Source: an uncultured Thermoactinomycetaceae bacterium
Lineage (GTDB): Bacteria > Bacillota > Bacilli > Thermoactinomycetales > CALJVA01
Reading direction: 5' to 3'
Assembly (NCBI GenBank): GCA_937975135.1
Contig: CALJVA010000022.1
Coordinates: forward strand, 7,118 to 71,117
Length of the DNA: 64,000 bases
The position numbers and the translations under genes are program-made. This document shows, in pieces, positions 1 through 10,129 of the stretch (position 1 is the first letter of the stretch; each line of letters begins with the position of its first letter). The notes beneath the pieces are model-generated. The model saw only the letters and a list, made by a program, of their open reading frames with translations, was not told the origin of the DNA and searched no databases.

Positions 1-1
1 A

Positions 2-502
2 CGGTTTGAACGTGTGGACCAAGGAGCTCCATGTACCGTTTTGGTTGATTATGCCCATACGCCCGATAGTTTGGAAAATGTGCTGTTAACGATTCGCCAA
101 TTTGCACAAGGTGAAGTATACTGTGTGGTGGGTTGTGGAGGAGACAGAGATCGGGCCAAACGGCCTATTATGGCGCGGATTGCAGCCCTTCATAGCGATA
201 CTGCCGTGTTTACCTCTGACAATCCACGTAGTGAAAATCCAGAAGCAATTGTAGATGATATGATGGCTGGCCTAGAGGGGGTATCATCAGGAAAAATTAA
301 GCGGATCGTTGATCGGCGTGAGGCGATTCACTATGCGATTCAGCAAGCAAAGCCTGGTGATGTGGTCCTCATTGCGGGAAAAGGTCATGAGACATATCAG
401 GAGATTTGTGGGGTTCGCTATGATTTTGACGATCGTGAGGTAGCCCGTGAAGCATTGAAAGAGAAGTATGGGGAGGAACGCATCAATGAAAATGAGATGT
501 GA
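2..502 (+). CDS. murE: UDP-N-acetylmuramoyl-tripeptide synthetase, C-terminal part (gene starts upstream of window)
   Basis: The frame is open from the window edge (RFERV...). Motifs [19 protein letters not shown] and AGKGHE are present; DNPR indicates meso-DAP specificity. Confidence 0.95.
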   Translation, partial: RFERVDQGAPCTVLVDYAHTPDSLENVLLTIRQFAQGEVYCVVGCGGDRDRAKRPIMARIAALHSDTAVFTSDNPRSENPEAIVDDMMAGLEGVSSGKIKRIVDRREAIHYAIQQAKPGDVVLIAGKGHETYQEICGVRYDFDDREVAREALKEKYGEERINENEM

Positions 503-1877
503 TGCGATTTGTGAGATAGTAAAGGGTACCTGGATAGGAAATGGCCACGAGGCTACACGGGTCGTCACAGGAGTCTCTACAGATACTCGCAAACCGATGC
601 CAAATATGCTCTTCGTTCCCTTAGTGGGAGATCGCTTTGACGGGCATGATTTTATCGCCGAAGCAGTTCAGCAAGGTGCAACTGCTTCCCTTTGGCAAAA
701 GGATCGACCACTTCCTGATTCTACACCACTTCCTCTTATTTTAGTGGAAGACACATTGACCGCCTTACAAAATTTAGCATCAGCAGTACGTAGAGATTTA
801 AAGATACCAGTGATAGCTGTAACAGGAAGTAATGGGAAAACAACATGTAAGGAGTTTATAGCCTCTGTTTTATCTTCCCGTTTTCGGGTTCATAAAACAG
901 AAGGGAATTTAAACAATCACATTGGTTTACCACTTACCCTTTTGGCAACCCCAGAGGAGGCGGAAGTGGTTGTAGTGGAATTGGGGATGAACCATGTTGG
1001 AGAGATTGCTCTGCTTTCTCGGATTTGCGCTCCTGATATGGGGATTATCACCAATGTTGGAGAATCCCACTTGGAATTTCTCGGAAGCCGTGACGCGATT
1101 GCCGATGCAAAGTTGGAGATTTGTGAGGGACTATCACAAGAGGGAGTCTTGTTCATACATGGAGACGAACCTCTACTAACATCAAAATTGGCCGATGAAA
1201 AAAGAGAGATTGTTCGAATTGGATTTCATGAAACAAACGATGACCGCCCTCTTGATATAAGAGTGGAGGGTACTTACGGGATCTCTTTTATCTCTGCAAA
1301 GACCGGTGTTAAGTTTCAGTTACCAGCCTTAGGGAAACATAATGCCCTGAATGCTCTGTTTGCGATACAAATCGGCCGTTCTTTTGGTCTTACAGAAGAG
1401 GAGATATTTGCTGGTTTACAAAAAGTAACTCCAGGAAAGATGAGACTCCAGCTTCTTAAGGCCAAAAATGGGATGGATGTGATTAATGATGCATATAATG
1501 CCAGCCCAACATCGATGCGAGCAAGCATCGATCTTTTGGTGACAATTGAACAGGAGAAAGAGAAATGGGTACTGCTTGGAGATATACTGGAGTTGGGGCC
1601 TAATGAAAAAGATTACCATCAGGAAATTGGCCGGTATGCAGTAAGAAAGGGCGTCTCCCGAATTTTCACCATTGGTAATCGAGGACGATGGATTGCTGAG
1701 GGCGCCAAAGAGTGTGATCCTTTGCGTCCAGTGACTCATTTTTCATCCCATGATGAAGCCGTTCAAAAACTTTCTGATACAGGGGGAGCTGGCGTATTGT
1801 TACTTGTCAAGGCTTCCCGCGGTCTTCACTTGGAAACAGTTGTGCAGGAACTCATAGAAGAGGAGAAGGACAAATAA
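486..1877 (+). CDS. murF: UDP-N-acetylmuramoyl-tripeptide--D-Ala-D-Ala ligase
   Basis: Motifs [37 protein letters not shown] and VKASRG. GGGGAGG lies 9 nt before ATG 486. Confidence 0.95.
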   Translation: MKMRCDAICEIVKGTWIGNGHEATRVVTGVSTDTRKPMPNMLFVPLVGDRFDGHDFIAEAVQQGATASLWQKDRPLPDSTPLPLILVEDTLTALQNLASAVRRDLKIPVIAVTGSNGKTTCKEFIASVLSSRFRVHKTEGNLNNHIGLPLTLLATPEEAEVVVVELGMNHVGEIALLSRICAPDMGIITNVGESHLEFLGSRDAIADAKLEICEGLSQEGVLFIHGDEPLLTSKLADEKREIVRIGFHETNDDRPLDIRVEGTYGISFISAKTGVKFQLPALGKHNALNALFAIQIGRSFGLTEEEIFAGLQKVTPGKMRLQLLKAKNGMDVINDAYNASPTSMRASIDLLVTIEQEKEKWVLLGDILELGPNEKDYHQEIGRYAVRKGVSRIFTIGNRGRWIAEGAKECDPLRPVTHFSSHDEAVQKLSDTGGAGVLLLVKASRGLHLETVVQELIEEEKDK

Positions 1878-2873
1878 ATGGATATACGGATTTTTTTAAT
1901 CCCGATTGTTGTTGCCTTTGGACTCGGTGTAATTTTAGGTCCTGTGGTGATTCCAGTACTTAGGCGACTGAAGTTTGGTCAAAGTATCCGCGAAGAAGGT
2001 CCTAAGGGCCACTTGAAAAAAGCTGGTACTCCCACTATGGGTGGGACCATCTTCTTACTGGCAATTGTATTAACAGCAATTCCCCTCAGTAATTTTATGA
2101 CGAAGGGAATCATCAACGCTGATTTATTTTTTCTCACCTTTGCAACGATTGGATATGGAATTCTTGGTTTCTTAGATGATTACATTAAAGTGGTGCTTAA
2201 GCGAAATCTGGGATTAACTGCCCGACAAAAATTATTTGGGCAATTATTTATTGGCTTGGTATTATTCTGGGTGTTGTTAGAGGTTCGTGTAACGCCCACC
2301 AGCTATATTTATAGTGTTTCACTGCCTGGAACCGATGTGGTGTGGCACTTAAACTGGCTTTATCTTCCACTTCTTCTTATATTGATGATCGGTTTTTCCA
2401 ATGCGACCAACTTAACAGATGGACTGGATGGTTTGGCTGCAGGGACTGCAGCGATCGCTTATGGCGCCTATGCAGTGATTGGGCTTTACCAGAGTAACTA
2501 TACTGTTACAGTTTTTGCCTCTGCAGTAGCCGGTGCGCTTCTTGGTTTCTTAGTATTTAATGCCCATCCTGCAAAAGTATTTATGGGTGATACAGGTTCC
2601 CTAGCTTTGGGGGGCGGTCTGGCTGCATTGGCAGTAATTACGAAAACGGAATTGCTGCTCTTAATTATTGGCGGTGTCTTTGTGATCGAGACCTTATCTG
2701 TTATGTTGCAAGTTGCTTCGTTTAAGTTGCGTGGTAAACGTATTTTTCGCATGAGCCCCCTCCATCATCATTTTGAATTGATTGGTTGGTCAGAATGGCG
2801 AGTAGTTGCCACCTTTTGGGGAATCGGCTTCATTTGTGCCGCGATCGGTGTTTATCTGGAGGTGTTTGGTTGA
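1878..2873 (+). CDS. mraY: Phospho-N-acetylmuramoyl-pentapeptide transferase
   Basis: Motifs KAGTPTMGG, FLDDY, NLTDGLDGL, FMGDTGSL and PLHHHFE; multi-TM protein. Confidence 0.97.
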   Translation: MDIRIFLIPIVVAFGLGVILGPVVIPVLRRLKFGQSIREEGPKGHLKKAGTPTMGGTIFLLAIVLTAIPLSNFMTKGIINADLFFLTFATIGYGILGFLDDYIKVVLKRNLGLTARQKLFGQLFIGLVLFWVLLEVRVTPTSYIYSVSLPGTDVVWHLNWLYLPLLLILMIGFSNATNLTDGLDGLAAGTAAIAYGAYAVIGLYQSNYTVTVFASAVAGALLGFLVFNAHPAKVFMGDTGSLALGGGLAALAVITKTELLLLIIGGVFVIETLSVMLQVASFKLRGKRIFRMSPLHHHFELIGWSEWRVVATFWGIGFICAAIGVYLEVFG

Positions 2874-4240
2874 TGTTCCCCAAAGCAGGGGAGTGGTCAG
2901 GAAAACGCATTTTGGTGTTAGGGATGGCCAAAAGCGGCATTGCAGTGGCAAAACTATTGCATCGTTTAGGTGCTAAGGTTACCGTAAACGATAAAAAGCC
3001 ACGGGAAGAAACACCTGAAGCTGCTCAACTGGAAGAATTGGGAGTTCGCGTGATTCTAGGAGGCCATCCCGACTCCCTATTGTCGGAGGATATCGATCTA
3101 ATCGTCAAAAACCCAGGAATCCCTTACCATATTCCATTTATTCAAAAAGCGATTTATGCCCATATTCCAATTGTTACTGAGATAGAAGTCGCCGGACGTC
3201 TTACAGATTCCCCTTTGATTGGGATTAGTGGATCTAACGGCAAAACCACTACCACTTCTCTGGTTGGTGAGATGTTAGTAGCAGGAGGATTAAAAGCACG
3301 GGTTGCGGGAAATATAGGAACCGCATTAACGGAAGCCATTCAGGAGGCAGATTCAAAAGAATGGCTGGTAACAGAATTAAGCAGCTTTCAATTAAAAGGA
3401 ATTGATCAGTTTCATCCCCAAGTTGCCGCATTATTAAATATTGTTCCAACCCATTTGGACTATCACCAGACAATGGAGGACTATATCGCTTCTAAGCGGC
3501 AGTTGTTCCGTAACCAAACAGAAACGGATATTGCAATTCTTAATTATGACGACCCGGTCTGTCGGAGTTTAAGTCGGGATCTCCCCAGTACAGTTTGGTG
3601 GTTTAGCCGTTGCGGCCCGGTTGCTAGCGGGGTGTATGCAGATGGGGGAAAAATTTTTATTCATCTCCCTGATCAAATTCCCCGAGTTTTAATGTCGACG
3701 AAAGAGGTATCTTTACCAGGATCGCACAACTTAGAAAATGCCTTGGCCGCCATTGCGATTGCTTTGGCATGTGGGGTATCCGACCAAGCCATTGACCAAG
3801 TGCTACGCACATTTAGGGGTGTAGAACATCGTCTGGAATTTGTAAGGGAAGTGAATGGTGTACGCTATTACAATGATTCTAAGGCGACCAACCCTCAAGC
3901 CACCATTCAAGCCCTTCATTCCTTCCGCAGCCCGATTGTCCTAATTGCGGGTGGCATGGATCGTGGTGCGGATTTTTTCGAATTGGTTCCTGTATTCTCA
4001 CAGAGGGTAAAAGCCCTTGTTGCATATGGAGAAACTGGACCACTTTTACTGCAGCGAGCAGCTGAGGCTGGGATTCCAGCTCAATTGGTGGAAAATGTGA
4101 CACAAGGTGTACAAAATGCAAAAGAGTTAGCCCAGGAGGGAGACATTGTTCTCCTTTCTCCCTCCTGCGCTAGCTGGGACCTTTATTCATCTTTCGAAGA
4201 ACGGGGAAGCATTTTTAAACAAGCTGTGCATAGGCTGTAA
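2873..4240 (+). CDS. murD: UDP-N-acetylmuramoyl-L-alanine--D-glutamate ligase
   Basis: Motifs GSNGKTTT, ELSSFQL, HRLE, NDSKATN and SPSCASWD. The ATG overlaps the mraY TGA (TGATG). Confidence 0.95.
   Translation: MFPKAGEWSGKRILVLGMAKSGIAVAKLLHRLGAKVTVNDKKPREETPEAAQLEELGVRVILGGHPDSLLSEDIDLIVKNPGIPYHIPFIQKAIYAHIPIVTEIEVAGRLTDSPLIGISGSNGKTTTTSLVGEMLVAGGLKARVAGNIGTALTEAIQEADSKEWLVTELSSFQLKGIDQFHPQVAALLNIVPTHLDYHQTMEDYIASKRQLFRNQTETDIAILNYDDPVCRSLSRDLPSTVWWFSRCGPVASGVYADGGKIFIHLPDQIPRVLMSTKEVSLPGSHNLENALAAIAIALACGVSDQAIDQVLRTFRGVEHRLEFVREVNGVRYYNDSKATNPQATIQALHSFRSPIVLIAGGMDRGADFFELVPVFSQRVKALVAYGETGPLLLQRAAEAGIPAQLVENVTQGVQNAKELAQEGDIVLLSPSCASWDLYSSFEERGSIFKQAVHRL
4209..4236 (+). promoter_or_regulatory. 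Putative SigE promoter for spoVE inside the murD 3' end
   Basis: GCATTTT-13 nt-CATAGGCT resembles the SigE consensus. B. subtilis spoVE has a SigE promoter in a similar position. Confidence 0.5.
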
Positions 4241-4278
4241 AAGAGAGCTTGCCCGATTCGAAAGAGGTGGGTCCTCCG

Positions 4279-5382
4279 ATGAACAAAACGCGTTCTAATC
4301 CCGATTATTTGATTGTCACTGCGATTTTACTTTTATTAACGATCGGTGTGATTATGGTCTACAGTGCCAGTGCCGCCTACGCTTATCATCGATACGGTGA
4401 TCTCTTTTTCTATGCTAAGCGGCAACTTCTCTTTGCGGGCCTCGGTGTTTTCCTCATGTTTGTAGTGGCTCATCTGGATCGAGAAGTGTTTGTAAAATGG
4501 GCCAAGCCTAGTCTATGGGTCTGTTTTATACTATTAGTATTGGTGTTGATCCCCGGTGTTGGTTTGTTGCGGGGTGGTGCGCGTAGTTGGTTAGGCATCG
4601 GTGCTTTTAGTATCCAACCCTCCGAATTTATGAAACTGGCGTTGATCGCTTACCTTTCCTATTCACTGTCAACTTATAGTCAAGGTCTTTCCCGATTTTG
4701 GAAGGATCTGTTCCCACGACTTGCCGTGATAGGTGCAGCTTTTGGTTTAATCATGCTTCAGCCGGATTTGGGAACAGGGACCGTTTTAGTGGGAACCGGT
4801 GTTATTATTCTCTTTGTAGCAGGAGCCCGATTAAAGCATCTCTTCGGGCTCTCACTTCTGGGAGTCGCTGGCTTTACAGCTTTAGTACTCGAAGCACCTT
4901 ACCGAATTCGTCGGATTACAGCTTTTATTGATCCTTGGGAAGATCCTTTGGGAGCAGGTTATCATCTCATTCAATCCTTGTATGCAATTGGTCCCGGTGG
5001 GTTACTGGGATTAGGGCTGGGAATGAGCCGGCAAAAACATTTATATCTCCCTGAACCTCATACGGATTTTATTTTTTCTATTTTGGCAGAGGAGTTTGGT
5101 TTTATTGGAGCCGCGATTGTTATTTTCTTGTTTGCAGTTGTCGTATGGCGAGGATTAAGAACTGCGATTGTAGCACCTGATTTGTTTAGTAGCTTGTTAG
5201 CTACAGGGATCACCTCGATGATTGCCATCCAGGCAATAATCAATATTGGAGTTGTCTCCGGTGCTTTTCCTGTGACGGGGATTACACTGCCCTTTCTAAG
5301 CTATGGAGGCTCCTCGCTTACATTATCTTTGGTGGCAGTAGGGGTATTATTAAATATCTCACGGGATAGTCATAAAATATAG
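4279..5382 (+). CDS. spoVE: SEDS-family peptidoglycan glycosyltransferase, stage V sporulation protein E
   Basis: Motifs GARSW, IQPSEF, QPDLG, YLPEPHTDFIF and LPFLSYGGSS; lies between murD and murG. Confidence 0.9.
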   Translation: MNKTRSNPDYLIVTAILLLLTIGVIMVYSASAAYAYHRYGDLFFYAKRQLLFAGLGVFLMFVVAHLDREVFVKWAKPSLWVCFILLVLVLIPGVGLLRGGARSWLGIGAFSIQPSEFMKLALIAYLSYSLSTYSQGLSRFWKDLFPRLAVIGAAFGLIMLQPDLGTGTVLVGTGVIILFVAGARLKHLFGLSLLGVAGFTALVLEAPYRIRRITAFIDPWEDPLGAGYHLIQSLYAIGPGGLLGLGLGMSRQKHLYLPEPHTDFIFSILAEEFGFIGAAIVIFLFAVVVWRGLRTAIVAPDLFSSLLATGITSMIAIQAIINIGVVSGAFPVTGITLPFLSYGGSSLTLSLVAVGVLLNISRDSHKI

Positions 5383-5407
5383 AAAAAATAAAGCAGAGGG
5401 GATTTTG

Positions 5408-6523
5408 ATGAAGCGGATTTTGCTTTCTGGCGGGGGAACCGGTGGACATATTTATCCGGCCCTTTCAATTATGAAGGCCGTACGTAGACGTTACCCAGAA
5501 GTAGAGGTTGCCTATATCGGAACTAAGGAAGGATTGGAAGCACAAATTGTTCCTAAAGCAGGAGAACTTTCTTTTTATACTGTAGAGGTGCAAGGTTTTA
5601 AACGAAAGCTAAGTTTAGGCAATGTACGAACAGTATATAAATTTTTGTCAGCTACGCGAAAGGCGAAGCAGTACATAAGAGAGTTTCGACCTGATGTGGT
5701 GGTGGGAACAGGAGGATATGTAAGTGGTCCCAGTGTTTATGCAGCATATCAGCTGGGCATTCCTACATTGATTCACGAACAAAATGTTGTTCTAGGACTT
5801 ACAACGCGCTTTTTATCCCGCTATGTTGATCGGGTAGCAATCAGCTTTGAAGGCTCCCGTCAGTATTTGAATCAGGCTAAAAGCGTCATCCTTACAGGTA
5901 ATCCACGGGCTACGGAAGTCGCTCACGCAGATGCGGAAGCAGGGCGTGCTTCCCTGGGACTTTCTTCGGACAAGCCTTTGATTCTTTTCGTCGGTGGAAG
6001 TCGTGGAGCACAACCACTCAATAAGGCTGTTTTGGAGCTGATTCCGAAGGTAAAAGAGGCAGATCAGTTCCATTTTGTTTATGTAACAGGGGAAGTTCAT
6101 TATCAAAAAGTGATGAAGGAGCTAGATCTCGATACGCTCCCCAACTTAACAGTGAAGCCTTTTATATACAATATGCCCGATGTTTTAGCAGCTACCTCTC
6201 TTGTGATCGGTAGAGCAGGGGCTTCCACTTTGGCTGAACTCACTTCGCTCGGGATTCCTTCGATCTTGGTTCCTTCACCTTATGTCACTGCCAACCATCA
6301 GGAGCTGAATGCTCGTTGGATGGAAAAAGAGGGAGCGGTTGTTGTACTATTGGAGAAAGAGTGTAGCGGATCTAAGTTATGGGACATGATCATGGAAATT
6401 ATGACTGATAAAGAGCGACACCAACAGATGAGTATAGCTGCGAAAAAATTGGGGAAACCGGAGGCAGCGGAGGTGCTAGTAGATGAATTGGAGAAAATTG
6501 TACAAGAACGACAAGACCTTTAG
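5408..6523 (+). CDS. murG: Lipid II GlcNAc transferase
   Basis: Motifs GGGTGGHIYP, GTGGYVS, HEQN, GNPR, GGSRGA and RAGAST. Confidence 0.97.
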   Translation: MKRILLSGGGTGGHIYPALSIMKAVRRRYPEVEVAYIGTKEGLEAQIVPKAGELSFYTVEVQGFKRKLSLGNVRTVYKFLSATRKAKQYIREFRPDVVVGTGGYVSGPSVYAAYQLGIPTLIHEQNVVLGLTTRFLSRYVDRVAISFEGSRQYLNQAKSVILTGNPRATEVAHADAEAGRASLGLSSDKPLILFVGGSRGAQPLNKAVLELIPKVKEADQFHFVYVTGEVHYQKVMKELDLDTLPNLTVKPFIYNMPDVLAATSLVIGRAGASTLAELTSLGIPSILVPSPYVTANHQELNARWMEKEGAVVVLLEKECSGSKLWDMIMEIMTDKERHQQMSIAAKKLGKPEAAEVLVDELEKIVQERQDL

Positions 6524-6547
6524 CTTAATCCAATCAGATGGGCTGTG

Positions 6548-6576
6548 GTCACAAAAAAACGGCTTAGGCATAAAAT
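6548..6576 (+). promoter_or_regulatory. Putative SigE promoter upstream of murB
   Basis: GTCACAAA...CATAAAAT with a 13-nt spacer, in the murG-murB gap. Confidence 0.45.
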
Positions 6577-6637
6577 GTCGTATACCAGGTTCAATAGACT
6601 GGGGTCCTAAGCGGGTAGGTAAGGGAGGGGCCCAAGA

Positions 6638-7546
6638 ATGAACGAGGTGGCACACTTATTTAAAGAAGCCGGTATCAAAGATGTGCGCATTGCTGAACCC
6701 ATGTCTCGCCACACGACGTGGAAGGTAGGGGGACCAGTTGACTTTTTTGTCTCTCCACAAAGTAAAGCGGAACTGGAAAGTGCCATGCGCATTGTGCGCG
6801 AAGAAGGATTATCATGGTGGGCGATTGGTCGCGGTTCCAATTTACTGGTCAGAGATAAGGGCTTGCGCGGAGTGGTTATAAAAATGGGTCGGGGAATGGA
6901 TGAGATCGAAGTTACTGGGAACCAAATTATAGCAGGTGGAGGATGTTCCCTGATCCGTTTATCGAAAACGGCTGCTCGGCACGGTTTAACCGGCTTGGAG
7001 TTTGCTGAAGGTATCCCAGGCACTGTAGGTGGAGCAGTCTTTATGAATGCAGGTGCCCACGGCTCCGAATTTGCAGAAGTGTTGAAGTCAGCGGAGATTC
7101 TTCTGGAATCGGGGGAATGGGTCACACTGACAAACGAGGAGCTCGGTTTTCGTTACCGAACTTCGATTCTCCAAAAGGAACGAAAAGGAATTGTTACAAA
7201 AGCCGTTTTTGAGCTGACAGAAGGGAATAAAGAGGAGATCATCCAGCGGATGAATCGTTATAAAGACCACCGTCGCAAGACCCAACCTTTGCAACATCCT
7301 TGTGCTGGCAGCGTGTTTCGCAATCCACCAGGTGACCATGCCGGTCGACTGATTGAAGCATCTGGATTAAAAGGGTATCAAATTGGTGATGCCATGGTTT
7401 CCACTCAGCATGCCAATTTTATTATTAATCGAGGTCAGGCAAAGGCTGAAGATGTGTTGAACCTGATCCATCATATCATGGACACAGTTGAGGAGAAATT
7501 TGGGGTACGGCTCGTACCCGAAGTACGGGTGGTGGGCGAGGGGTAA
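6638..7546 (+). CDS. murB: UDP-N-acetylenolpyruvoylglucosamine reductase
   Basis: Motifs GRGSNLL, GIPGTVGGAVFMNAGA, FRYRTS, GSVFRNP and HANFIIN. Confidence 0.97.
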   Translation: MNEVAHLFKEAGIKDVRIAEPMSRHTTWKVGGPVDFFVSPQSKAELESAMRIVREEGLSWWAIGRGSNLLVRDKGLRGVVIKMGRGMDEIEVTGNQIIAGGGCSLIRLSKTAARHGLTGLEFAEGIPGTVGGAVFMNAGAHGSEFAEVLKSAEILLESGEWVTLTNEELGFRYRTSILQKERKGIVTKAVFELTEGNKEEIIQRMNRYKDHRRKTQPLQHPCAGSVFRNPPGDHAGRLIEASGLKGYQIGDAMVSTQHANFIINRGQAKAEDVLNLIHHIMDTVEEKFGVRLVPEVRVVGEG

Positions 7547-7559
7547 CGGAGGTGAAAGG

Positions 7560-8828
7560 TTGGCGCATTATTTTATTGAAGGTGGAAGACCCCTCTATGG
7601 AAAAGTTCGTGTTCAGGGTGCCAAAAATGCTGCCCTACCGATCCTAGCTGCCACTGTACTTGCAGAAGGCATCCATGAAATTCATGACGTACCTCAGTTA
7701 TCGGATATAGAGGCGATGGGTCGTATTTTGGAATCATTAGGTGTAAAGGTAAAACGGAATGGGAATACAGTGTATTTGGATACAAGGACAATTCATAGCT
7801 CCTATATTCCCGCTTCATTGATGAAGCGAATGCGCTCATCGATCTTTTTAATGGGGCCATTGTTAGCACGTCAACGAGAAGTGTGTGTGACACGACCTGG
7901 AGGATGTGCGATTGGAGAGCGTCCCATTGATTTACATCTTAAAGGACTTCGTCTCTTAGGGGCTGAAGTGATAGAAAAAGATGGACAGATCCGGTGTACA
8001 GCAAAAAAGTTGACCGGACGGAAAGTACGCTTTGAACTGCCCAGTGTAGGAGCAACGGAAAATATAATGATGGCCGCTGTGCGAGCAAATGGAGTTACCA
8101 TCATTCAAAATGCTGCCCGAGAACCGGAAATCATCGATTTACAAAACTTTTTAAATGGGATGGGTGCCCAGATTCGTGGGGCAGGCACTTCGCAAATCGT
8201 GATCCATGGTGTAGAACACCTCACACCGATTTCATACCGGATTATTCCGGATCGGATTGTGACCGGTACATTAGCTGCAGCAGTTGCAGCAACAGGTGGT
8301 GAGGTGATCATGACCCATACAGTTCCAGAACACTCAACTACGGTATTAAATTTGCTTCGTCAAGCAGGTGCAACAATAGCAGCTGATAAAGATACCCTTA
8401 AAGTCTCAGGAAAGAAGAGGTTACAAGGAGTCGGTCGCATAGTAACCGAACCTTATCCGGGATTCCCTACCGATATGCAACCACAAATGATGGCTGTACT
8501 TGCTACTGCAACAGGTAAAAGTATGATGGAAGAGCGGATCTTTGATGCGCGATTGAAACATGTTCGAGAGTTAAACCGGATGGGCGCCTCCATAACTATA
8601 GAAAAGCAGGGGGTTCAAATTTGTGGTGTTCCCACACTGAAAGGGGCAGATGTTCAGGCTACTGACCTTCGAGCAGGAGCTGCACTTGTAATTGCAGGAT
8701 TATGTGCGGAAGGAACGACGCGTGTAAGTGGGATCGAACATATTGAACGGGGATATGAACAATTGGACCTCGTTTTTCAGCAATTGGGAGGAAAAGTAGC
8801 GCGAATGCCAGCAAGTGCTGTCAATTAG
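7560..8828 (+). CDS. murA: UDP-N-acetylglucosamine 1-carboxyvinyltransferase (dcw-linked paralogue)
   Basis: Motifs GAKNAALP, PGGCAIGERPIDLH (catalytic Cys), SVGATEN, YPGFPTDMQ and DLRAGAAL. GGAGGTG lies before TTG 7560. Confidence 0.92.
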   Translation: MAHYFIEGGRPLYGKVRVQGAKNAALPILAATVLAEGIHEIHDVPQLSDIEAMGRILESLGVKVKRNGNTVYLDTRTIHSSYIPASLMKRMRSSIFLMGPLLARQREVCVTRPGGCAIGERPIDLHLKGLRLLGAEVIEKDGQIRCTAKKLTGRKVRFELPSVGATENIMMAAVRANGVTIIQNAAREPEIIDLQNFLNGMGAQIRGAGTSQIVIHGVEHLTPISYRIIPDRIVTGTLAAAVAATGGEVIMTHTVPEHSTTVLNLLRQAGATIAADKDTLKVSGKKRLQGVGRIVTEPYPGFPTDMQPQMMAVLATATGKSMMEERIFDARLKHVRELNRMGASITIEKQGVQICGVPTLKGADVQATDLRAGAALVIAGLCAEGTTRVSGIEHIERGYEQLDLVFQQLGGKVARMPASAVN

Positions 8829-9081
8829 TACTATTAGGATTGGGAAATTAAAGAAGGTAGGAGCAAGGATCCTCGCTTGAAAAAAGAAGCAACCTACAGC
8901 AGCTCATTTTAGCTTGTGGAGCAGGAACGGGATTATTGCTTCCCGTCACCGGTATTTTCACATTGCTTTTAGTGGCTGCTGTTTTTTTACTCATTTTTTA
9001 TATAAAAGGGCCTTTTTTCCTTAGCTTTTTGTGGTAACATAAAATGAGGACTTGGTTCAGTTTTGGAAAGGGGTCCTCACA

Positions 9082-9801
9082 ATGCAGGGACGTATTCCAC
9101 CTTTTCGTAGGTTATCTCAGTCAAAACGACCACCTGCACGACGTGCGATAGGGTTTGTGATGCTGTTTTTTATCGGTGTGCTTGTTGTTCTATTCTTTAA
9201 TTCTGACCTGAACAAAATTGACCAAGTAGAGATTAAAGGAAATTATTTTGTTACGGATAATGAAGTGCGCAAAGCAGCTGGCTTGGCTGAAGAGTATGAT
9301 TTTTTTCGCTGGGATGCTCAACAAGCACAGAAGGCGATAGAGCAATTATCCGTAGTGGAAAAAGTATCTATAGAACGGTCTTTTCCGGGATTGATCCGTA
9401 TTCATATTCAGGAGTCGGAGATGGTTGCGCTGTGGGTCACTCAAGAGGGAAGGTTTCCTTTATTAGCTAATGGAAGTATTCCACATCAACATTCTTGGGG
9501 AAATCAACCCTTTGCTGGACCCGTGATCAAAGGTTACTCCAACCCTAAGGATGTACAAGCCCTAGCGAAAGAGTTAGTCAAAGTTCCTGCCGAGATTCGG
9601 ACGAATTTACTGGAAATTACGCCGCAAGATAATGAAATTTATACCAATCTACTGCAAATTTCAAGTCGTCACGGACATCGAATCTATATCCAGAGAGAAG
9701 ATTTGGAGCAAAAAATGAAGCTATATCCTCGGTTTCAAAATGAGCCGGAGGGAGACCTTTACTTTTTAGATACCACACGATATGTTCCAAGTGAAACCTA
9801 A
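9082..9801 (+). CDS. divIB: Cell division protein DivIB/FtsQ
   Basis: Short basic N-terminus, one TM helix, POTRA-like segment (IKGN...SIERSFPGLIRIHIQE); lies before ftsA. Confidence 0.8.
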   Translation: MQGRIPPFRRLSQSKRPPARRAIGFVMLFFIGVLVVLFFNSDLNKIDQVEIKGNYFVTDNEVRKAAGLAEEYDFFRWDAQQAQKAIEQLSVVEKVSIERSFPGLIRIHIQESEMVALWVTQEGRFPLLANGSIPHQHSWGNQPFAGPVIKGYSNPKDVQALAKELVKVPAEIRTNLLEITPQDNEIYTNLLQISSRHGHRIYIQREDLEQKMKLYPRFQNEPEGDLYFLDTTRYVPSET

Positions 9802-10004
9802 GTATCAGCAAAGATTGAATGATAGGAAGAACCACTTTAGTCCCAATACTTAAGTTATTGCGGCGAAATAAGGGCATTTGTATAGCTTGGGTCACTTTGG
9901 GTTGAGAGGTTAAAATGGGAAGTCTCATATGGATCTTGATGGAGTCTTTGATAACCGATTTTTGAGGCTATTCCTTCAAACATCAGAAAAAATTTACCGG
10001 AGAA

Positions 10005-10032
10005 AAAGGTTAAATACCTTTTTATGTTGAAT
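10005..10032 (+). promoter_or_regulatory. Putative SigH promoter of ftsAZ
   Basis: AAAGGTTAA-12 nt-GTTGAAT against consensus RNAGGAWWW-11/12-RNNGAAT. B. subtilis ftsAZ has a SigH promoter. Confidence 0.5.
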
Positions 10033-10129
10033 TAATCACGTATGTCATCCTCTTCACTTTCTCCCTGTATTTTTAAAGAACCCTTTCCACCACTACGGGA
10101 TCATTCTCGGGCGAGGAGGTGCCCATGTT

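Noticed and set aside
9915-9965. 16-codon hydrophobic ORF (MGSLIWILMESLITDF) in the divIB-ftsA gap, considered as an sbp remnant
   Set aside because: Short SD spacing and no resemblance to Sbp or DUF881 that I can see.
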